DNA of 33,915 bases from a virus (Duplodnaviria; Caudoviricetes), in IMG/VR virus record IMGVR_UViG_3300030376_001983, positions 1 through 33,915 of that record. One strand, 5' to 3'. Positions 23,028-33,814 of this stretch are shown one piece after another. Each line of letters starts with the position of its first letter. The first letter of the stretch is position 1. The notes under the pieces are model-generated. The model did no database searches, was not told the DNA's origin, and worked only from the letters and a program-made list of their open reading frames with translations. Position numbers and translations under genes: made by a program.

Positions 23028-26000
23028 ATGGCAAAAGTAATCCGAAGAACAGTAACTGAAACAAACAAACGTATTGGTGTTAATAACTTTGATGTTGAGG
23101 CTGATCGAGTAGGCCTTGCTTTAGCTGATGCTGGTGAAACTCTTAGAAGAAAAGCTTTTGAAGTAGATACAAAGAAAGCTGAAGTAACAGCTGAAGAAGC
23201 TGTTATGGCTATTGATTCATCAGAGTTTATGAAGTTTGGCGAAGATGGAATGCCAGTCGCAATGAAGCCACCAGAGGGCTATGGCAGTATTGCTAGAGAA
23301 GCTTTTCGAAGAGTAGCTGAAAAAAGATTTGCAGATACAATAGATCAGGACATTAGGTTAGAAGCTCAAAAGTATAGAGTTCAGCATAGCAGAAATCCAA
23401 TAGCTTTTAAAAATGCTATGGATAGTTACCTTAAAGCCCTTGGTACTAATGCTGATGGTCGATTTCAAGAACTAATAACTAATGTTGGAACTGCTATACA
23501 AGAGGGTCATTACTATGACTTGCTTGAGAAACAGAGAGAAAGAGCAAGAGCAAATCAAGCTGATGGTATTATTGCTGGCAATGTTGAAGTTGCTGCTCAT
23601 ATATATGAATTAGCTTTAAATGGAAATCTTGGCAAAGCTTTAAGTGCTGCAGAAGATAGGAAGCAAGTAAATGTTGATGGAGAGGAAGCTCAGTTGCTTA
23701 CAACTGGTGCTGGTGATTCTTATTACTCAGGTACAACAGGTGATATTGCAGCTGCATCTTTAATAGGAATTATATCAAAAGGTACTTTTGATGAGGATGA
23801 AAGACAGCAAATAGCTACAATGATAAGCACTAGCGGCAAGTATGAAGATGCTGATGAAGACATCAAACAATTATTTAATAAAAAAATAGTATACACAATG
23901 CCAGATGGAAAAGTAGTCACAACATCTTTGGCACAATTAATTACTGTTGATAATAAGAAATCTGTAAGTGCTGCTGTTACTTCTGTGATTGCTGACATGG
24001 ATGGTGTTGATGCAATCAGGAGAGCTAATAAAGCTGTTGCTGAAGCTAATCAAGAAAAAGAAGATTTAAGAAATCTAAGAATAGATAAAAGAGATTTAAA
24101 TACAGCAGCGTTACGAAATGCAAATAAAGCAGCACAAAAAGCTACAGAAGCATTCTTAGAAGGTGGAGATATTGCTGGAGCAATACAATCTTTAGGTGAA
24201 ATACATAGGCAATACAAACAAGAGTTAGATCGTAAGAGGAAAGATGACGAAAATTTTATGAGCAATCCTGAGTATAATGCCGCACTCATAGCACATAGAA
24301 CAAGTCTATTAGAGCCTTTTATTGGACTTGCATCATATGATGGCAAAAGCGATAACTTTAAATCAGCTATGTTAAATAACAGAATAGATGATCAGCTTTC
24401 AACAAACCAAAGAAAAGTAGTAAAGGCTGCACATAAACATGGCTTATTTCAAACTGCCGATTTAGCTACTTTATCTGCTTTTTTCAGTGCTGGTGAATCT
24501 GAAACTAAAACAAGAATGGAGAATAATCTTGCTCGAGCAGAAATAACAGATAAATACTTTAAACTTAATGGTAGTATATTAAATGGCGATGATGTTCTTG
24601 ATAAGGATATCGATGCAGTTAAAAAAGAAATAGATGCAAGTGATCTAAGTAATGATCAAAAGCTACAGTTTAAAAGAAACCTTGATTTATCAAGAGCAAA
24701 AAATAGACTGCAAATTTTTTCTCAATCATTAAACTCTGAAAGATTACAGTTACTCTCTCAATATGTAGGAAATAGAGTTGATCTTTCTGAGTCTGTCTTA
24801 ACAGGATTAACTGATGATGAAAAAGAGTTTGCTGACTTTGCAGTCCAAGGATTTAGTGATGCAGAAAGAAATGCTGTTGCTTCAGAGATTCAACAAATTG
24901 CTAGTGTAAGAGCTGGACAAGAAGAACGACAAAGAAAAGCATATGAAAATGCTTATAAGCATCAAGCTTTTAATAGAGGTCAGTTAGATAATAGCAGCAA
25001 AACAGCTATGGATATTGCTGATCAACAGTTGTCTGGTATAGGTTTTAACATTCAAGATGAAAGCACTTGGACAAACCAAGCATTTTTTATAATGAAAAAC
25101 TCAATAGGCTCAACTCTTGCAAATCAATATGACAATATAGCTAGGGGTGGAACTGTTCAAAACTTAGATCAGCTTATGAAACTTTATAGTAGATTAAGAG
25201 GGTTTAAACAAACAAATCAAACAACAAAAGAAGTTGTTAAAAGAAATTTATTAAAGGGTCAGGTTAAAGACATTACTCAAATGACAATAGATGCTGCACT
25301 GCTTGGCAATACTTTAGGTTTGTATAAAAGTTTTGATGATGCAATCGCTACCTTAAATTTAAGCGGCACTAATGCAACAGAAGCTGAAGTCACAAGACAT
25401 AGAGATGCTTTGTTTAGAAATTCAGATGGTCAGTCTGTTACTCCAGCTGAATTTGTTGATATAATTTTAGAGGGTAAAGGTGATATTGTTTCTAATTCTG
25501 AACTTGGTATATTAGCAAATCAACTGGCATCTAAAATGTTTGAGCAAGATACAATTATTCAAATGGTTGAGAAAGGATTTGAAGACAGATATAAAGAAGC
25601 AAAGTATATTATTGATCCAGCAAGACCTATTGGTCAAAAAGGATTATCAAGACACTCATTAGGTGTTATATTTGGTGATCCTAATTTAACAGAATATGTA
25701 ACAGATCAAATTAATAATCAGCTAGTTGAAGTTGGCTATACCCTTACAAATGTGCATGATGATAACTGGCAAGAAGATAATATTATTGGTGATTTAAACG
25801 ATCTTGCTATGACTGATAATTATGCTGCTATATATTTAGGAGGGGTAGAACAAACCTCTGATCAAGAACAAGGTATTAAATTTACCAGAGGAAAACGAAC
25901 CCAAGGTCAAAATTTAAAAGCAGCTGTTCTTGTTCCTATGTTTCCAAACATTGCAAGACCAGCGGATCAAGTTTTTCAGGTTATGGAAATTATTCAGGAT

Positions 26001-26210
26001 AGAAATGGTTTGAGCGAACTCACTCCACTTATAATAGATGGAAGACCAATGGGTTTTAAAATATCTGATGAAGCTAAAGACTATGTAGATCCTGATCTTA
26101 CCAATCAAAAAATTAATGCAAAAAGTATAGAAGAGCTAAGAGAGCAAAGAAAAAACTTTGAAATAATTAATGAGGCTATGACAGGATTAAAAGAAGGAAA
26201 GTTTTTCTAA
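23028..26210 (+). CDS. Internal virion (ejection) protein, large
   Basis: 1060 aa helical protein at the T7 gp15-equivalent position. Confidence 0.65.
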   Translation: MAKVIRRTVTETNKRIGVNNFDVEADRVGLALADAGETLRRKAFEVDTKKAEVTAEEAVMAIDSSEFMKFGEDGMPVAMKPPEGYGSIAREAFRRVAEKRFADTIDQDIRLEAQKYRVQHSRNPIAFKNAMDSYLKALGTNADGRFQELITNVGTAIQEGHYYDLLEKQRERARANQADGIIAGNVEVAAHIYELALNGNLGKALSAAEDRKQVNVDGEEAQLLTTGAGDSYYSGTTGDIAAASLIGIISKGTFDEDERQQIATMISTSGKYEDADEDIKQLFNKKIVYTMPDGKVVTTSLAQLITVDNKKSVSAAVTSVIADMDGVDAIRRANKAVAEANQEKEDLRNLRIDKRDLNTAALRNANKAAQKATEAFLEGGDIAGAIQSLGEIHRQYKQELDRKRKDDENFMSNPEYNAALIAHRTSLLEPFIGLASYDGKSDNFKSAMLNNRIDDQLSTNQRKVVKAAHKHGLFQTADLATLSAFFSAGESETKTRMENNLARAEITDKYFKLNGSILNGDDVLDKDIDAVKKEIDASDLSNDQKLQFKRNLDLSRAKNRLQIFSQSLNSERLQLLSQYVGNRVDLSESVLTGLTDDEKEFADFAVQGFSDAERNAVASEIQQIASVRAGQEERQRKAYENAYKHQAFNRGQLDNSSKTAMDIADQQLSGIGFNIQDESTWTNQAFFIMKNSIGSTLANQYDNIARGGTVQNLDQLMKLYSRLRGFKQTNQTTKEVVKRNLLKGQVKDITQMTIDAALLGNTLGLYKSFDDAIATLNLSGTNATEAEVTRHRDALFRNSDGQSVTPAEFVDIILEGKGDIVSNSELGILANQLASKMFEQDTIIQMVEKGFEDRYKEAKYIIDPARPIGQKGLSRHSLGVIFGDPNLTEYVTDQINNQLVEVGYTLTNVHDDNWQEDNIIGDLNDLAMTDNYAAIYLGGVEQTSDQEQGIKFTRGKRTQGQNLKAAVLVPMFPNIARPADQVFQVMEIIQDRNGLSELTPLIIDGRPMGFKISDEAKDYVDPDLTNQKINAKSIEELREQRKNFEIINEAMTGLKEGKFF

Positions 26211-29200
26211 TGGCTATGATTGACGTTTCAAACGTCTACCCAAACATAATGGGTGGCAGAGATTTACCTGACATATATGATAATAGGCCATCTCTTGATG
26301 AAGCTATGGGAGCATCACTAGGTAAGTTTAGAAATCTTTTTGATCTTAGCAGTCCTTTTAGTAATTACGCTAGCGATCTTTATGACTACGATCCTGATTT
26401 TGATGTGGCTCAATCAATATTTGATTTAGATCCATCTTACCATGAATACAGTATGAATTTAATTTATGCACAAAATAAAAAACATTTAGATTTTTTAATA
26501 GAAAAAATTGATAGATCTAAAAAAGATCAGGAAATATTATCTAGGGCAAGCATTGGTCAGCTTGCTTTTGTTTCTTTATTTGATCCTATTAATCTTGTTG
26601 CTTTGCCAGTCGGTATCGGTGTTGGTGCTGTTCGCGCTGGTTATCAGGTAGGTAAAGCAACTATGATGCTTACTGCTGCTGAAGAAGCTGTCTTATCAGC
26701 TGTTGATCCTGTTCAAAGAGATCTTAAAAAATCAGCAATTAATATTGGTGTGTCTGGTTTGGCTGGATATACAATAGGAAGTATTGTTGGCTTTGCTACT
26801 ACACCCAACTCTGGAAGAATAATAAAGTCTATTGCTGATCAAACTGAAGAAGCTGAGAATGCGCTTATTCCTCCAAAGATAGTAGATGAAGATGCTGTAC
26901 CTGTTATTGTTGATGAGTCATTTGATAAAACACAACCAATATCAAACTATGGAGAAGTTGCTACTGCACCAGCAGTAGAGCCACAAGGCGACCCAAGTTT
27001 AGTTAAAAATGTTTTTACAAATAGTTTTATTTTTAAGGCAGCTACATCTGGATACAAAAGAATAATGGGTGCAAAAGATGTACCTACAGATTTTAAAAGA
27101 TTTTATTATGATTTAGTTGGAGATCAAGGACAACTATCTGTTGGTCATGTTAATGGTCACACGCTAGGTATTAGCGTTCATATGGATCAGGCTAAGTATC
27201 AAGCTGAGATGTATAAGTTTTATAAAAATTTACAAAAATCTTTTATAAAAGAAAGTAAAAAACCAGTCGTTGTTGCTCTTGATTATGCTGTTGGAAGGCA
27301 AAGAGATTTTAATACATTTATAAGAGAGGTAAGCAAATTAAGGTTAAGTGGTCGTAAACCTCAGACACAAGCGCAAGAAGAGGTAATGAACCTTATAGAT
27401 GAGTTTGCTGAAACTTGGAGAGCAAGGCTAACAGAAACAGATCTTATTGGTAGTGCTAGATTTTATAGAAATCAAATGAAGTTCTTTACAAAAAGAATAG
27501 AAGATAATGAAGCAAAGATAGCAACATTGAAAAGTAATGGTATGAGAAGTGATCATCCATACTATGAAACTGTTATGGCTCGTGTAGCAAAATACAAAGA
27601 TGAACGTCAACAAGCTCAAGATGTATTAGAAGATTTAAAAGATATGGATGTTTTACCAGCTAAAGAAACTGTGTTTCATCCTAGATTTTTTCTTGTTGAT
27701 GTTATTAAAAAAAGAAGAAAAGAATTTGAAGAAATACTAATGAAGTGGTTTACAGAAAACCCAAGCATAAAAGTATTCGATCCTAGAAATCCTTTATCTG
27801 TCCAAAAGTTAAGCACTGATCCAGCAAAGGTAGCAGAAAGAGTTAAGCGAACTGTAGATAAGATTATATCTGAAGGTGCAGATAATGATTTCGAAAAAGC
27901 TTTTTTTGGTTACGGTGCTTCAAAACATTTTATGCACAGACGATTAGATATACCTAATCATTTAATTACTGATTTTATTGAAATGAATCCTTTCACTGCA
28001 TTTATGGCTTACAATCAGAGAGTAGCACCACGCTATTCATTTGCTAAAAAGTTTGGCGGCAGAAATATTGATGAATTGTTAGAGGAAAAAACTGATCAGC
28101 TTTTTGATTCTGGCATGGATATGGATAGAATAAATGCTGTGCTTGCTGATTTTAGAACTGACTATGACAGAGTTATGAATGCACCATTAAGAAACCCTGC
28201 TCGATGGGATGCAAAAGTAACTAGACGCTTAAAAGACTTAGCAACATTTAATTTTATGGGTGCTGTTGGCTTTACTACACTCACTGAGTTTGGTCGCTTA
28301 ATGGCAGAGCATGGCGTTAATAGAGTTATGCGTACTATGATTGCTAAGTACACAGATGATAAAGTTAGGTTGGCTGCTGCTGAAGGTCCAAAAGCAAGTG
28401 AAGGTATTGAAGGTGCTATGCACAGTGCTGGTATTAGGTATAGTGATGAAATGCTTACCAATCCACAAATGCATGGTCTTTGGGAGCAAGGTAAAGAAGC
28501 TTTTTATATTCTTAATGGTTTAACACCAGTTACTAGATTTCTAAAACACCTTGACGCAATCATGAGGCAAGATCAATTAATTCAGTTTGCTATTAAAGAA
28601 GCTGCTGGTGATGCTGATGATTGGATGTCTCAGTATTTAAGGCGATATAATATATCTAAAGCTGATGCTAAAAAGTTAGCAGCTAATAAAGGAACAGCAT
28701 GGGAAGAATCTGATGCTGGTTTAATCTATGCAAACACAGACAACTGGACAGATGAGGTTCTTAAAGAAAAGTTTCAGAGGGCTATGTCTACTGGGATATT
28801 AAATACTATTATGAATGCGACACCAGCTGACCGACCAAGAATAATGGATGGTGTTGTATTAATTCCAATGCGTGTAGCTAAAAGATTTGGGATGAAGCAA
28901 GACCCTAAGTATCGAGGTTATGCAAGGATGGAAACTGGATTGCTTTCTTTGCCGTTTCAGTTTTACGGATTTGCACTAGCAGCCGTAAACAAAACAACAG
29001 CCGCATATACTACTGGACAAATGAGATCTCCATTGTTTGGTGCAATTTGGATGATGGGACTAGGATATGGAGTGCTTGAGATTAAATCTAATTTAACAAG
29101 TGGATCTAAAAGAGCATGGGATAACATGTCATTTACTGACAAACTAATTAGATCTTTTGATCAATCTGGTTTGGCTGCTTTGTACAGTGATATGTTTTAC

Positions 29201-29509
29201 ACAAGTATATCTTCATCAATGGCAATGAATGGTGAAAATTATCTTGATGGATATGTTAAACCAAAATTTCCAGAAGAACAGGGATTTTTTAATTCTGTAA
29301 ATCAATTTGCTGGTGCTGGTCCATCAGTATCTCAAGATTATTACAATGCTTTCAATGGTTTAATAAATGGTGAAAAAGGTGCTGTTGAACAAACAGCTAA
29401 AATGATTCCAGGCATGAGGCTTTGGTTTATGAGATATATAATTAACTCATTTCAAGGTGCTTTTGATTATGAAAGCAAAGATACAATATCTGGATACGGC
29501 AGATATTAA
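26210..29509 (+). CDS. Internal virion (ejection) protein, large
   Basis: 1099 aa; DP.NL hydrophobic region and FQFYGF motif; T7 gp16-equivalent position. Confidence 0.7.
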   Translation: MAMIDVSNVYPNIMGGRDLPDIYDNRPSLDEAMGASLGKFRNLFDLSSPFSNYASDLYDYDPDFDVAQSIFDLDPSYHEYSMNLIYAQNKKHLDFLIEKIDRSKKDQEILSRASIGQLAFVSLFDPINLVALPVGIGVGAVRAGYQVGKATMMLTAAEEAVLSAVDPVQRDLKKSAINIGVSGLAGYTIGSIVGFATTPNSGRIIKSIADQTEEAENALIPPKIVDEDAVPVIVDESFDKTQPISNYGEVATAPAVEPQGDPSLVKNVFTNSFIFKAATSGYKRIMGAKDVPTDFKRFYYDLVGDQGQLSVGHVNGHTLGISVHMDQAKYQAEMYKFYKNLQKSFIKESKKPVVVALDYAVGRQRDFNTFIREVSKLRLSGRKPQTQAQEEVMNLIDEFAETWRARLTETDLIGSARFYRNQMKFFTKRIEDNEAKIATLKSNGMRSDHPYYETVMARVAKYKDERQQAQDVLEDLKDMDVLPAKETVFHPRFFLVDVIKKRRKEFEEILMKWFTENPSIKVFDPRNPLSVQKLSTDPAKVAERVKRTVDKIISEGADNDFEKAFFGYGASKHFMHRRLDIPNHLITDFIEMNPFTAFMAYNQRVAPRYSFAKKFGGRNIDELLEEKTDQLFDSGMDMDRINAVLADFRTDYDRVMNAPLRNPARWDAKVTRRLKDLATFNFMGAVGFTTLTEFGRLMAEHGVNRVMRTMIAKYTDDKVRLAAAEGPKASEGIEGAMHSAGIRYSDEMLTNPQMHGLWEQGKEAFYILNGLTPVTRFLKHLDAIMRQDQLIQFAIKEAAGDADDWMSQYLRRYNISKADAKKLAANKGTAWEESDAGLIYANTDNWTDEVLKEKFQRAMSTGILNTIMNATPADRPRIMDGVVLIPMRVAKRFGMKQDPKYRGYARMETGLLSLPFQFYGFALAAVNKTTAAYTTGQMRSPLFGAIWMMGLGYGVLEIKSNLTSGSKRAWDNMSFTDKLIRSFDQSGLAALYSDMFYTSISSSMAMNGENYLDGYVKPKFPEEQGFFNSVNQFAGAGPSVSQDYYNAFNGLINGEKGAVEQTAKMIPGMRLWFMRYIINSFQGAFDYESKDTISGYGRY

Positions 29510-29513
29510 CTTT

Positions 29514-29523
29514 TTGTGCGTTG
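29514..29523 (+). promoter_or_regulatory. Late-module motif TTGTGCGTTG, copy 4
   Basis: Intergenic, upstream of the tail fibre operon. Confidence 0.65.
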
Positions 29524-29568
29524 CGACTTTTAATCTTCACTGCTATTTCCATAAAAAAGAGGTAAATC

Positions 29569-30474
29569 ATGACGATTAATTTATCAGATAACAATCCAAG
29601 GGTGTCTTATACTGTCGCTCAAGGTGCAACTCAAACATCTTTTGCTGTGCCTTTTGAGTTTTTTGATAACGATGATTTAAACTTTTTTGTTGATGGCACA
29701 TTAAAAACTTTAACAACACACTACACTGTATCTGGTGGTGATGGATCTACTGGCACTATTACAACTACTACTGGCAATAGTGTAACAGGTATATCAGGTG
29801 GCTCTACAGTTGTTATTACAAGATCTATTGACTTAGATAGAACAACAGACTTTCCGTCATCAGGCCCATTTAATATTGCTTCTTTAAATACAGAGCTTGA
29901 CAGGCTTGTTGCTATTACAGCTGACCTTCAAGATGATGTTAATAGATCTTTAAAGCTAATTGATTTTGATAGTGCAGTTGATACCCAGTTGCCATTACTT
30001 GCATCTCGTAAAGGTACAGTGCTTGGTTTTAATGCTAGCACTGGTGTTCCAGAAGCTGGGCCACAGATTGCTGATGTTGGTACTCTTGCTGCAATTACAG
30101 CTGATATTACAGCATTAGCTGACATCGAGGATGGCACAGTATCTACTGATGCCATATCAGGATTAAATGCTGTTAAGGCAAATGTTGTTACAGCAGCTGG
30201 CATAGCAACAAATATTACAACAGTAGCTGGAATAAGTTCTAATGTTACAACTGTAGCTGGAGTAGCTTCAAATGTAACAACCGTTGCTGGAATTGCTAGT
30301 AGTGTTACAGCAGCAGCAACTAATGAAACAAATATAAATTTAGTAGGTTCGAATATAGCAAATGTAAATACGGTAGCTGGAATTTCAGCAAATGTTACTA
30401 CAGTTGCTGGAGTTGCTAGTGATGTATCTGTGGTTGCAGATAACGCATTAGCTTTAGCCATTGCTTTAGGATAG
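29569..30474 (+). CDS. Tail fibre proximal protein (T7 gp17 N-terminal-like anchor)
   Basis: F.VPFEFF...DL...V and LN.ELDRL anchor motifs; decad repeats; ends ALALAIALG. Confidence 0.85.
   Translation: MTINLSDNNPRVSYTVAQGATQTSFAVPFEFFDNDDLNFFVDGTLKTLTTHYTVSGGDGSTGTITTTTGNSVTGISGGSTVVITRSIDLDRTTDFPSSGPFNIASLNTELDRLVAITADLQDDVNRSLKLIDFDSAVDTQLPLLASRKGTVLGFNASTGVPEAGPQIADVGTLAAITADITALADIEDGTVSTDAISGLNAVKANVVTAAGIATNITTVAGISSNVTTVAGVASNVTTVAGIASSVTAAATNETNINLVGSNIANVNTVAGISANVTTVAGVASDVSVVADNALALAIALG
30181..30440 (+). repeat. Degenerate 30-bp (10-aa) coding tandem repeat
   Basis: NVVTAAGIAT NITTVAGISS NVTTVAGVAS NVTTVAGIAS ... NVNTVAGISA NVTTVAGVAS. Confidence 0.85.
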
Positions 30475-30483
30475 GAGATAAAA

Positions 30484-30933
30484 ATGGCAGATGACGCAAC
30501 AGTCGTTTCACAGGTTACAGTGTTACCAGATGAGATAGCGCAAACTATTTCTACTACAACCACTATTAGCCCAGCAGACGCAAATGATAAATGGTACTAC
30601 AAACTAACTAGCGTATCTAACGCAAGCACAGATTTAATGGCTGGTAATTTTATAGATTATACAGCGGTAGATGATGATACTTCACCAGTTGCAATAAACA
30701 CAGCAGATAAAGTTAAGTTCTTATATGTCAAGAATACTGACTCATCTAATGCTGTTTATATTGTAATAGATGGTGGAACAGCTTCATCTTCTGCTGGTGA
30801 TGCACTTTATGTAGGTGCTGGACAAGCTTTATCTATTCAAATTCCAAACACAACAGTAGCTGAAGTACACGCAATATCTAGCGCAAGCACAGTTACTTGC
30901 ATAGTGGCTGCATTACTTGATGACGTAGCATAG
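30484..30933 (+). CDS. Tail-associated beta-rich structural protein
   Basis: AGGAG RBS; acidic, Thr/Ser/Ala-rich; in the fibre operon. Confidence 0.65.
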   Translation: MADDATVVSQVTVLPDEIAQTISTTTTISPADANDKWYYKLTSVSNASTDLMAGNFIDYTAVDDDTSPVAINTADKVKFLYVKNTDSSNAVYIVIDGGTASSSAGDALYVGAGQALSIQIPNTTVAEVHAISSASTVTCIVAALLDDVA

Positions 30934-30945
30934 AGGTAACTCAAA

Positions 30946-31254
30946 ATGGCTAATACATTCAAAAACTTTACAAGCAGTTCGGTGGGTACTAATGAAACAA
31001 CTACCTACATTACCCCACTTGCAACGACTACGGTGACTATTGGTTTATCGATAGCTAATACAAGTGCTAGTCAAATTAAGGTTACGGTTAAGGCTGCTGG
31101 TGTTCATGTAATAAAGGACGCTCCTATACCAGCATCTTCTGCTTTGTCAGTATTGGATGGTAAGATTATCCTAGAAGCTTCTGATTCGATAACTGTAACA
31201 TCAGACACTGCGGCAAGTGCAGATGCAATTCTAAGTGTATTGGAGCAAACCTAA
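30946..31254 (+). CDS. Small tail-fibre adaptor-like protein
   Basis: MANTFKN...IGLS.AN...K.AP.P....L....GKI.LE..D pattern. Confidence 0.65.
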   Translation: MANTFKNFTSSSVGTNETTTYITPLATTTVTIGLSIANTSASQIKVTVKAAGVHVIKDAPIPASSALSVLDGKIILEASDSITVTSDTAASADAILSVLEQT

Positions 31255-32603
31255 TGGCTGGATATATAGGGCAACGCTCGGTAACTCTCAGCACGACTGT
31301 AGCTAATGCTCAAGACGTTACGGCTACTGACACCACACCAGAAGTAACCATAATAAATAACACGCATGAGGACAGTGACTCTGGTCGTGAGGGAAAAGTT
31401 ATTTTTAAAGGTCAACAGTCTGGCGGTGAAGAAAGCACATTAGCTGAAATAGAGGCAAATCATCACGGAAGCGCGGACGATGAGAAAGGCCAACTTATCT
31501 TTAGAACTAATGACGGTTCTGACGGTGCTAGCCCAACGGAGGCTATGAGGATAGCTTCTGATCAAAAAGTAGGAATTGGAACGAGTTCGCCTAGCCATAG
31601 TCTTCATCTATCTTCTTCTAGTGGGTCTACTTTAGCAATTACAGCAGGAACTAGTGACAATGCACAAGTAAGATTTGGTGACAGTTCTGACGATGATGCT
31701 GGTAAAATAAATTATGATAATTCCAGTAATCATATGGCATTTCATACTAATGCTTCAGAACGTATGCGTATCGATAGCAGCGGTAACTTGATTGTGGCTA
31801 AGACTGCTCTTGGTTCTGATGCAGGGGCAGAGTTAAGGTCCACAGGTTATGTATCTTTTACTAGAGATAACGCCACTGTTTTTACAGTCCGAAGAAATGG
31901 AACAGAGAGCGCTCATATGAACTTCATACATGACACAGGTGAGATAGGTGCTATTGGAACCTCTGGTGCTGCTCTTCGTATGTTCTCAACAGCTACAAAC
32001 TACAAAGGTCTGGCTTTTGAATTTAAAGCAATCACACCAACAAGCAATCAAGGAGTAGATCAAGATAATTCTACAGACTTAGGATCTGCAACTACGCGCT
32101 TTGACGATGTTAGAGCAACCAATGGCACTATTCAAACATCTGACGAAAATGATAAACAAGACATTGCATCATTAACTAGCGCAGAGATTACTGCGGCTAC
32201 AGCTATCAGCAAACTATTCAAGACATACAAATGGAAAGACAAGGTAGCAGATAAAGGTGACTCTGCTAGAACACATACTGGTGTGGTTGCACAGCAAGTA
32301 CAAACTGCAATGGCAGACGCAGGATTAGACGCAAGCAAGTATGCTTTCTGGTGTTCTGATACTTGGTGGGAAAAAGATGTTGAGGTTGCTGCTGTTGAAG
32401 CAAATGAAGAAGAGGGTAGAGAAGCCGCTGACGCATACACACGCACTGATACTTACAGCACTAAAGACGCAGCACCAGAAGGTGCAACAGAACGTACAAG
32501 ACTAGGTGTAAGATACCCAGAGTTACTAGCGTTTATTGGTGCAGCAACAGAACAAAGATTGACTAGCATTGAGGCTAGACTAACGGCACTGGAGGCAGAA
32601 TAA
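31254..32603 (+). CDS. Tail fibre with C-terminal peptidase S74 intramolecular chaperone
   Basis: VGIGTSSP and ERMRIDSSGNL shaft repeats; TSDEN.K, H.G.VAQ and G.RY.EL motifs. Confidence 0.88.
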   Translation: MAGYIGQRSVTLSTTVANAQDVTATDTTPEVTIINNTHEDSDSGREGKVIFKGQQSGGEESTLAEIEANHHGSADDEKGQLIFRTNDGSDGASPTEAMRIASDQKVGIGTSSPSHSLHLSSSSGSTLAITAGTSDNAQVRFGDSSDDDAGKINYDNSSNHMAFHTNASERMRIDSSGNLIVAKTALGSDAGAELRSTGYVSFTRDNATVFTVRRNGTESAHMNFIHDTGEIGAIGTSGAALRMFSTATNYKGLAFEFKAITPTSNQGVDQDNSTDLGSATTRFDDVRATNGTIQTSDENDKQDIASLTSAEITAATAISKLFKTYKWKDKVADKGDSARTHTGVVAQQVQTAMADAGLDASKYAFWCSDTWWEKDVEVAAVEANEEEGREAADAYTRTDTYSTKDAAPEGATERTRLGVRYPELLAFIGAATEQRLTSIEARLTALEAE

Positions 32604-33067
32604 TGGCTGGATATATCGGTGACATACCTGTTCCACAGGCTACCCAAACAAGACAAACCTTTACAGCTACAGCTAGTCAAACCTCGTTTCCCACGATTGG
32701 ATATACTGCTGGGTTTATAGATTGCTATCTCAATGGAGTAAAAATTTTAGACGGCGTAGATTATAACGCGACAAATGGCAGTGATGTGGTTCTTACAACT
32801 GGAGCTGCACTCAATGACATTTTAGAAGTTACTATTTTCACTGCTGTTGATTTAAGCACTGCTGTAGGTGGCGGTAGATACAAGGGTGAGCGTGGCACTA
32901 ACGGCCCAGCGGCTGCTGCTGGTGACATCTTTAGGGTGCATGAGCAAACGCTGAATACAAACGTAACCATTGACGCAACAGAGAACGCACTAGCATCTGG
33001 CCCAGTAGCAGTAGCAACAGGTGTTACTCTCACTGTCACAACAGGAGGAAACTTGTCCATTGTCTGA
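32603..33067 (+). CDS. Tail fibre-associated protein
   Basis: MAGYIG N-terminus; FTATA.QT.F...Y....D.YLNGV....DY.ATNG..V.L domain; C-terminal NA...GPV....GVTLTV. Confidence 0.75.
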   Translation: MAGYIGDIPVPQATQTRQTFTATASQTSFPTIGYTAGFIDCYLNGVKILDGVDYNATNGSDVVLTTGAALNDILEVTIFTAVDLSTAVGGGRYKGERGTNGPAAAAGDIFRVHEQTLNTNVTIDATENALASGPVAVATGVTLTVTTGGNLSIV

Positions 33068-33437
33068 GATACGAGTTACAACGATAAGTGATACGGCTGG
33101 CACTGGCCCTGTTACGCTGACTAAGCAGAGTGCTGCAAAGGCGTCCTTGAATTATAAAGGCACATCTACAAATAGTATTCGTTATAGTTTTAATGTATCA
33201 AGTGTTACAGATAACACGACTGGAAATTATACGACTAATTTTACTAACAGTATGTCAAGTGCAGACTACACAGTTACTTGCGCTCAAGGTGGAGACACAA
33301 GCAACAATGAAGTTCGTGTTCCTCAAAACGGAGGAGCTTTAGCCGCTAGTAGTTTTCAAGTTAATACGTTGCTTGTCGGATCAGCTATTAATGATGCTAC
33401 ATATTTATTTGAGACAATCCACGGAGACCTAGCATGA
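33060..33437 (+). CDS. Small tail-fibre tip protein A, allele 2
   Basis: Same first about 27 aa and HGDLA end as 100..456; different core, 7 aa longer. Confidence 0.75.
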   Translation: MSEIRVTTISDTAGTGPVTLTKQSAAKASLNYKGTSTNSIRYSFNVSSVTDNTTGNYTTNFTNSMSSADYTVTCAQGGDTSNNEVRVPQNGGALAASSFQVNTLLVGSAINDATYLFETIHGDLA

Positions 33438-33814
33438 GTACGATAACGGTCACAAACATCAAAGCCACAGGTGAAACAGCTAGTCGTGCAGTGTCAGGGA
33501 TTGCTGCTGCTTGGTGTCATTGGGACAACAATGGTGGTAATGACACAAGAGACTCTTTAAATGTTTCTAGTAGAGGAGACCTTGGTACTGGATACTCTAG
33601 TGTAAACTTCACAAACAGCTTTAAAGATAGTCTTTCAAAGTCAGTGACTACTGGCGCAAATGACGTTGATGCTAGTACTAGTTTTTATGATTTAAGTCCT
33701 CACACATACACCGCTAGTCAGGTTCAATTCGACGGGTGGAAACAGACGGATGATACTACTACTCAAGTGGACTTGAATAGGAACATGACTACAATCCACG
33801 GAGACTTAGCATGA
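33434..33814 (+). CDS. Small tail-fibre tip protein B, allele 2
   Basis: Same first about 27 aa and HGDLA end as 453..842; different core, 3 aa shorter. Confidence 0.8.
   Translation: MSTITVTNIKATGETASRAVSGIAAAWCHWDNNGGNDTRDSLNVSSRGDLGTGYSSVNFTNSFKDSLSKSVTTGANDVDASTSFYDLSPHTYTASQVQFDGWKQTDDTTTQVDLNRNMTTIHGDLA

Noticed and set aside
29928-30563. 211-aa antisense ORF (and similar antisense ORFs inside structural genes)
   Set aside because: Shadow of the repetitive Thr/Val/Ala codons on the sense strand.
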